Notes under the pieces: generated by a model
Databases searched by the model: none
Told to the model about the DNA's origin: nothing
What the model saw: the letters and a program-made list of their open reading frames with translations, nothing else
Shown: piece after piece, positions 58,956 through 64,000 of the stretch
Layout of the letters: every line of letters begins with the position of its first letter
How positions within the stretch are numbered: the first letter of the stretch is position 1
Position numbers and translations under genes: made by a program
Source: Candidatus Versatilivorator sp.
GTDB lineage: Bacteria; Acidobacteriota; Terriglobia; Versatilivoradales; Versatilivoraceae
NCBI GenBank assembly: GCA_965207735.1
Contig: OZ242296.1
Coordinates: forward strand, 1,248,001 to 1,312,000
Reading direction: 5' to 3'
Length of the DNA: 64,000 bases

Positions 58956-60698
58956 TCAGTACAGGGCCAGAGCTCTGCCCGGGCCTCCGTGACTGTCGCG
59001 GATCTTGATGGGCGCGAAGATGAAATAGGCTCGTTGAGGGACCTCGCCGAGCCCGATCAAGGATTCAACCCCCACCAGCCCGCGGCTTCCCAGCGCCCAG
59101 TAGGTCATCAAGGCCCGGCGGGGCTCAGCCCCTCCCAGAGTGGGACCGTCGGTGCCCACGCAACGGATCCCGCGTTCGGCCAGGTAGATGATGGCCTCCG
59201 GTCCCGGGGCCGGCCATCCCTCGCTCCGGCCGTTCAAGGGATCGGCCATGAACCGGTTGCCTTCGGGAAAGGGCTTGAAATAGCGGTCGCTGTAACCGCT
59301 GCGGAAAATGACGATCTCTCCTCTCTTGAGAGGTCCGTGCCTGGCCTCATACTTCTTGATGTCCCCGGGAGTGATTTCCGGGGAAGCCGGCCACTGATCC
59401 TTGGAGGTGGTCCCGATCAGATGCTCCACGTCGATGACCCGGGCCCAGCCGCAAGTCTGGGAAAGCGGAACCTGTTCGGTGGTCACCCGACTGGTCCCCC
59501 TCTTCCCGAACAGCCGCTCGTAGGCTGACAGCCACTGCCGCACCTCCGGAGCGTAGGTCTGGTTGTCGAAACCGGGTGGGGGCAACGCGTAGGCCGGCGG
59601 GACCAGGTGGGTGCCGGTATGGCTGTCCAGGTGGTGGAGCTTCATCCCGTAGGGAGGGATGATACTCCGCAGGTAGGGGTGACGGTTGTTGCCGACTCCC
59701 TTTCCGGGCCACCACACCGGGAGATTGTCAGCCAGCAGCACCGACAGGTCGACGACCCGCTTGTTCCTGGCCGACTCGATCAACTGCCCGGCCAAGGGTT
59801 GGCCCACGATCGCGAAGGCCCTGGATTCGGCGCCGATCCCCTGGGAATGCTTGAGGCCGACAGTGCAGTAAAGGGCCCCGGTTGCCGGCAACTTCCCCAG
59901 GCGGGTCGCGCCTTCGGTCCAGATCATTCCGTGTTTGAGACCGGCATAGTGGGTTTCCTCGGCGATGGGGCCCGGGATTGGCCCCATGCTGGGGCTGTCG
60001 GTGCCGAGTGTCATCACTTTTCTGGTCGCCAGGTACTCCATGGCCTGGGGGGAGGGATCGGGCCAACCCGGTGTCCTACCCTCCAGGGGATCGGCAACGA
60101 ATCTGCGCCCCGATGGGAAAGAACGGTAGTACCGGTCGCTGAAACCGCTGTAGAAGAGCACGGCATCGCCAAATTGCAAAGGCCGGTGCCTCTGTTCCCA
60201 AGCCTGGACGTGACTGGCTTCCACCAGGGAGCTGTGCCCGTTGGGCGCGGTGTCGAGCAGTTTCCGAAGGTCGAGGACGCAAGCCTCTCCCACAAACTGC
60301 CAGGCCGGCACCTTGTCCCCGGATACCAGGCCGAAGGGGCCGGCGTTGGGTTTGCCGGAATCGGGCGGCGCCACCGAATGGGTCGGCCCGTCGAACTGAG
60401 TCCCCACGTTCTCATCCAGCGTCAAAATATCCGAGTTGTAGGCGCTGAGAGGACCGATCCTCCGGTAGTGGTTGATTTGAAAGCCAGGACCGGCTCCGGG
60501 CCAACTGCAGGGGAACTCGGGAGCTACCAGAAGGGAAAGGTCGACAAACTCCGGCCCTGCCTGCTCCTCGGCTTCAATCCGCTCGGGCTGCAAACTCCAA
60601 GCCAGGCAGCCCAGGACGACCAGGCCCGCGGAGACGACCTTCCACAGGACAGGAGGACCGGATGGCGGACAAGGACTCGAAAACCGTTTGGGACGCAT
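58956..60698 (-). CDS. Tandem-domain cyclase / kynurenine formamidase family protein, exported
   Basis: Two repeats of VDLS...GT..., GWP.P and GTD.P; N-terminal hydrophobic signal. Start uncertain. Confidence 0.82.
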   Translation of the reverse strand: MRPKRFSSPCPPSGPPVLWKVVSAGLVVLGCLAWSLQPERIEAEEQAGPEFVDLSLLVAPEFPCSWPGAGPGFQINHYRRIGPLSAYNSDILTLDENVGTQFDGPTHSVAPPDSGKPNAGPFGLVSGDKVPAWQFVGEACVLDLRKLLDTAPNGHSSLVEASHVQAWEQRHRPLQFGDAVLFYSGFSDRYYRSFPSGRRFVADPLEGRTPGWPDPSPQAMEYLATRKVMTLGTDSPSMGPIPGPIAEETHYAGLKHGMIWTEGATRLGKLPATGALYCTVGLKHSQGIGAESRAFAIVGQPLAGQLIESARNKRVVDLSVLLADNLPVWWPGKGVGNNRHPYLRSIIPPYGMKLHHLDSHTGTHLVPPAYALPPPGFDNQTYAPEVRQWLSAYERLFGKRGTSRVTTEQVPLSQTCGWARVIDVEHLIGTTSKDQWPASPEITPGDIKKYEARHGPLKRGEIVIFRSGYSDRYFKPFPEGNRFMADPLNGRSEGWPAPGPEAIIYLAERGIRCVGTDGPTLGGAEPRRALMTYWALGSRGLVGVESLIGLGEVPQRAYFIFAPIKIRDSHGGPGRALALY

Positions 60699-60932
60699 CG
60701 ATTCAAACCTCGCGGGGCCTCTCCGGCAGACGAGCGGCCGGCTTGATTTCACTGGCATTCAGGGCTGCTAACCTTATCAATATCGGAAACCTCATTGCAA
60801 CCGACGGACACGGCAGGGGCTGGTGGTCAGTGGTTAGTCCTAGATAGCAGGAATGTGCCTGACGACTTGGTTGCACTCTTTGAAGGACTGCGCCGAGACT
60901 GACAAGACACTTCCCGTGTGGATCAAATAACT

Positions 60933-61170
60933 GAGCCCTTTGCAAAATTCACCAGCGGGACCTTTGCCGGGAATGGCCACAAAAGGCACAAAAACACAAA
61001 AAGAACCATCGGATGGGCAAGTCTCGAAATCAAGAAACTCGTCTTGTGCCTTTTGTGCTTTTTGTGGTTTCTGTTGTCTCTTGTGCTTATCGTGGTGAAT
61101 GCTGGAGCCTGCAGCACATCATCCTTGCCGCCTCAATGTCATTCCCGATTGCGATATTTGCAAAAGGCTC
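60933..61170. mobile_element. MITE, copy B
   Basis: TIRs GAGCCCTTTGCAAA and TTTGCAAAAGGCTC, flanked by an AACT direct repeat; inverted homologue of 46119-46454. Confidence 0.78.
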
Positions 61171-61200
61171 AACTATCTACTATTCACTAGCCACTGATCA

Positions 61201-62694
61201 CTAACCACTGCTCGGATACTGCGCCTCCGTCTCCAGCGGATAGAGAGGGCGGCGGCGGCGGTGGTAGGTGAAACTGGCCGGATTCACGCAGGTGGCCCCC
61301 GGCGTGTCCACCAGAATGGTCCGGGCCGAGACCGGATTGTAGGCGGCTCTTGGGGCAATCACGCCCTTGGCCACCAGGATCTTCTTGGATTCCGGCTTGA
61401 TCCCCAGGCTCTTGACCTGTTCCAGGCTCACCGGAGCCATCTTGACGCTGGTCAGAACCAGGGTGTGTCCCTCTGGCGTCTCCACAACCGCCGTCACCCC
61501 CTGGTCAAAGGAGCCCCATCCTCCATGCCTCACTTCCGACTCCTGAAAGATACCATCCGAGATCATCCGCACCCGGCCTTGAATGGGGACGGGGGAGCCG
61601 TGGCGGCCATCGGTCTTGGCTCCGACCTCCAGCTTCACCTGGTTGCGAACCCCGGCTTCCACACACTGAGCCACCGACTCGGCATCGAACAGGACCACCA
61701 TGGCATTGGACGCTTTCTGCGCCACGATTTCGGCTAGTACGATGGTGGAGTCCCCGGGACTTCCGCCACCGACGTTGTCTCCGATGTCCATCAACACCAC
61801 CGGAGCTTCGGGAGCCCGCATGGCCAGGGCCACCGCCTCGGACGCGGTGGGCAAGTCGGCCTGAAATTCCTCCCGCCGGTCCCAGGCTCGTTGGGCCATC
61901 CAGCGCGCTGCCTTGCGTGCCAGGTCCCGGTCTCGATCGGCCACGGCCAGGAAGCTGGCGCCGAATTCCTCGACGTCCGAGTAGGAGAAACCCATGGCCA
62001 CGCTGGCGGAAAGAATGCCGGGCCACTGCGAGACCGATTCCAGGTCCTCATACAACCCCTTGGACGGATCCTCGTCGGTGTACTGCTTGGCGATGCTGAT
62101 GATCAGAGGCGGGCATTCCAGGGCTTGCACCGGTTGGATCTCTCCCCGCAGCGTCCGACCCAGCATCGAGGCAGCCTCCAGGCCCCGGGCCTTTTGGTCC
62201 AAGTGCGGATTGGAGCGATAGATGGTGGTAGCGTCGGTATTGGCAATCATTTTTGGAGAGACATTGGCGTGCAGATCCAGCGTCATGACGATGGGCACAT
62301 CCGGTCCCACGACGTCCCGCATCCTGCGAGCCATCTCGCCATCGGCATCGGGATATCCCTCGGACACGGTGGCCCCGTGCAATGCCAGATAGAGCCCGTC
62401 CACCGGCATGGCCGCCTTCAGAGCGTCGATCGTCTGCTCCGCAATGGCCTCGAAGGTCTCTCGGACGACGGTGCCGCTCGGCATGGCGAAGGCCGCCACA
62501 AGGGGAACGGGCTCCAGGCCATTGGACTGGGCTCCCCCCAGAAAACCGCTCAGCTCATGATTGCCTCCCGTCCAGCGCTCAATCAGCCCCTTGCCCCGGG
62601 ACAGGCTGACCTGTTCAAAGTGCTCGTAGGTTGTCGGGGTGACTGCAAAAGTATTGGATTCGTGGATAAATCCCATAACTCCAACGCGTTTCAT
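61201..62694 (-). CDS. M81 family metallopeptidase (MlrC-like)
   Basis: HESNTF, LALHGA, TLDLHAN, NPHLD and DIGDNVGGG. Confidence 0.92.
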   Translation of the reverse strand: MKRVGVMGFIHESNTFAVTPTTYEHFEQVSLSRGKGLIERWTGGNHELSGFLGGAQSNGLEPVPLVAAFAMPSGTVVRETFEAIAEQTIDALKAAMPVDGLYLALHGATVSEGYPDADGEMARRMRDVVGPDVPIVMTLDLHANVSPKMIANTDATTIYRSNPHLDQKARGLEAASMLGRTLRGEIQPVQALECPPLIISIAKQYTDEDPSKGLYEDLESVSQWPGILSASVAMGFSYSDVEEFGASFLAVADRDRDLARKAARWMAQRAWDRREEFQADLPTASEAVALAMRAPEAPVVLMDIGDNVGGGSPGDSTIVLAEIVAQKASNAMVVLFDAESVAQCVEAGVRNQVKLEVGAKTDGRHGSPVPIQGRVRMISDGIFQESEVRHGGWGSFDQGVTAVVETPEGHTLVLTSVKMAPVSLEQVKSLGIKPESKKILVAKGVIAPRAAYNPVSARTILVDTPGATCVNPASFTYHRRRRPLYPLETEAQYPSSG

Positions 62695-62787
62695 CAGGTG
62701 TTCGCCTCCCTTTCATCCTTACTTTGTCGATCCATCCGGGAATTTCCTCCGGTCCCGCCCGGAAACACCACAGTAGGTGCAACCACC

Positions 62788-63771
62788 CTAATTCCATGAG
62801 TCCATTTCCGCCATCCATTCAGGGGGAAAGTCCATCTCCATGGCTCGCAGGGCACTATCCAGATGGCCGGTGTTGCGGGCTCCGATCAGCACGGAGTCGA
62901 CCCCTTCCCGGTTGAGAACCCACCTCATGGCCAATTGAACCATGGATACCCCGGTCCGCGCCGCTTTCCGCCGAAGTTGCTCGACGACTCGAAAGCTGCG
63001 TGGGTGGAAATAGACGTCGACGTGGCCGGGAATCACGTCGAAGCGGGTGCCCTTGGGAATCTTGTCTTGATCGGCCGTGTACTTTCCGGCCAGGAATCCC
63101 GCCCCCAGCGGACTGTAGGTCACCACTCCGACCTGCTGCCGTCGACACAGGGACAGCAGTTCCGTCTCTATCTCGCGATGGGCCAGATTATAGATGGGTT
63201 GAATGACTCCGAGGCGGGGCAGACCTTTCAGGCGACTCAGCCCGAGAGCTTCCGACAGTTGCTCGGCAGAGAAGTTGCTGCATCCGCTGCAACGAATCCT
63301 GCCGGCCCTTTTCCCTCGATCCAGCGCCGCCAACCCTTCTTCCAGCGGAACGTTGGGATCATACGAGTGAAACAGATAAAGATCAACGTAATCGGTCTGG
63401 AGACGACGCAGGCTGTCTTCCAAAGCCTGCTGCACTTCCTGTTGGCTCTTGTTGGCCGACACCTTGGTTTGAAGGGTGACCCGGGAACGTGCGCCTCGGG
63501 ATTTCAGCCAACGGCCCAGGATTTTCTCCGAGGAGTGCATTTCACCGCTCACCTCGCGCACATCTTCGATTCCCATTCGATCGCGCCGATGCTGGCGGGC
63601 CTGCCCGCCGCCGTAAGCCTCGGCTGTATCGAAAAGGGTGATGCCTCTTTCCAAGGCAGCGTCCATGATCTGAAACGAGGTGGCCTCGTCAATTTCCCTG
63701 CCGAAGGTGGCGCAGCCCAGGCCGAGACGGCTGACCGTGATGCCGCTGTTACCTAATGGCTTCGTTTCCAT
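62788..63771 (-). CDS. Aldo/keto reductase
   Basis: LGLGCATFG, FDTAEAY, DYVDLYLFH, GCSNF and YSPLGAG. Confidence 0.92.
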   Translation of the reverse strand: METKPLGNSGITVSRLGLGCATFGREIDEATSFQIMDAALERGITLFDTAEAYGGGQARQHRRDRMGIEDVREVSGEMHSSEKILGRWLKSRGARSRVTLQTKVSANKSQQEVQQALEDSLRRLQTDYVDLYLFHSYDPNVPLEEGLAALDRGKRAGRIRCSGCSNFSAEQLSEALGLSRLKGLPRLGVIQPIYNLAHREIETELLSLCRRQQVGVVTYSPLGAGFLAGKYTADQDKIPKGTRFDVIPGHVDVYFHPRSFRVVEQLRRKAARTGVSMVQLAMRWVLNREGVDSVLIGARNTGHLDSALRAMEMDFPPEWMAEMDSWN

Positions 63772-63845
63772 TGAATTCTCTCCTCGCTTCAACAAAAAAT
63801 CGAATCCGGTCCGGTGTCTACTAACGACGCTGGACGCAACTTACG

Positions 63846-64000
63846 TCAATTCCTGGCTTCGGCCATATATTCATCCCTGAGAATCCCCATGAGGATCAGG
63901 TCGTGCCACTGGCCCCGGGAATAGTGCCAGTCCCGCAGCGCTCCCTCTTCCTTGAACCCACACTTTCGGTAGCAGCGATAACCCCGCTTGTTGGGTCGAA
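63846..64000 (-). CDS. GNAT acetyltransferase (RimJ/RimL type), C-terminal part, truncated by the window edge
   Basis: Manual translation ...RCYRKCGFKEEGALRDWHYSRGQWHDLILMGILRDEY...*; not in the ORF track. Confidence 0.8.
   Translation of the reverse strand, partial: RPNKRGYRCYRKCGFKEEGALRDWHYSRGQWHDLILMGILRDEYMAEARN

Overview
GC-rich bacterial chromosomal window. Gene content and repeat families are most consistent with an Acidobacteriota-type genome; this is an inference, as there is no rRNA in the window. From left to right it holds: ROK kinase, a P-loop protein and a TPR-lytic transglycosylase; acyl-CoA synthetase and ybbP/ybbA/tesA; a secretin-cohesin gene with two pseudopilins; thiG, a YyaL-like gene and a nucleoside hydrolase; a decayed lower-GC island at the 3' end of tRNA-Ala(CGC) (TA modules, an IS3 end, a MITE, a CHAP hydrolase with a membrane partner); surE/sufE/rhodanese, an M2 peptidase, msrB, apaH and pntAA/AB/B; an operon encoding a xanthine-dehydrogenase-family Mo enzyme, MoaD, an IMPase and a radical SAM-arsenite methyltransferase fusion (the most notable locus, a candidate organoarsenic pathway); SRAP and Phd-VapC; and a ~21.5 kb co-oriented catabolic cluster (3 sodium:solute symporters, an Nramp-like transporter, 3 Gfo/Idh/MocA dehydrogenases, 2 TIM-barrel isomerase/hydratases, a lactonase, 2 atypical MBL folds, a tandem cyclase, M81 and AKR). 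Intergenic DNA is rich in nested REP-like and MITE repeats. No CRISPR array or rRNA was seen. All calls rest on motif recognition by eye; no database searches were run.
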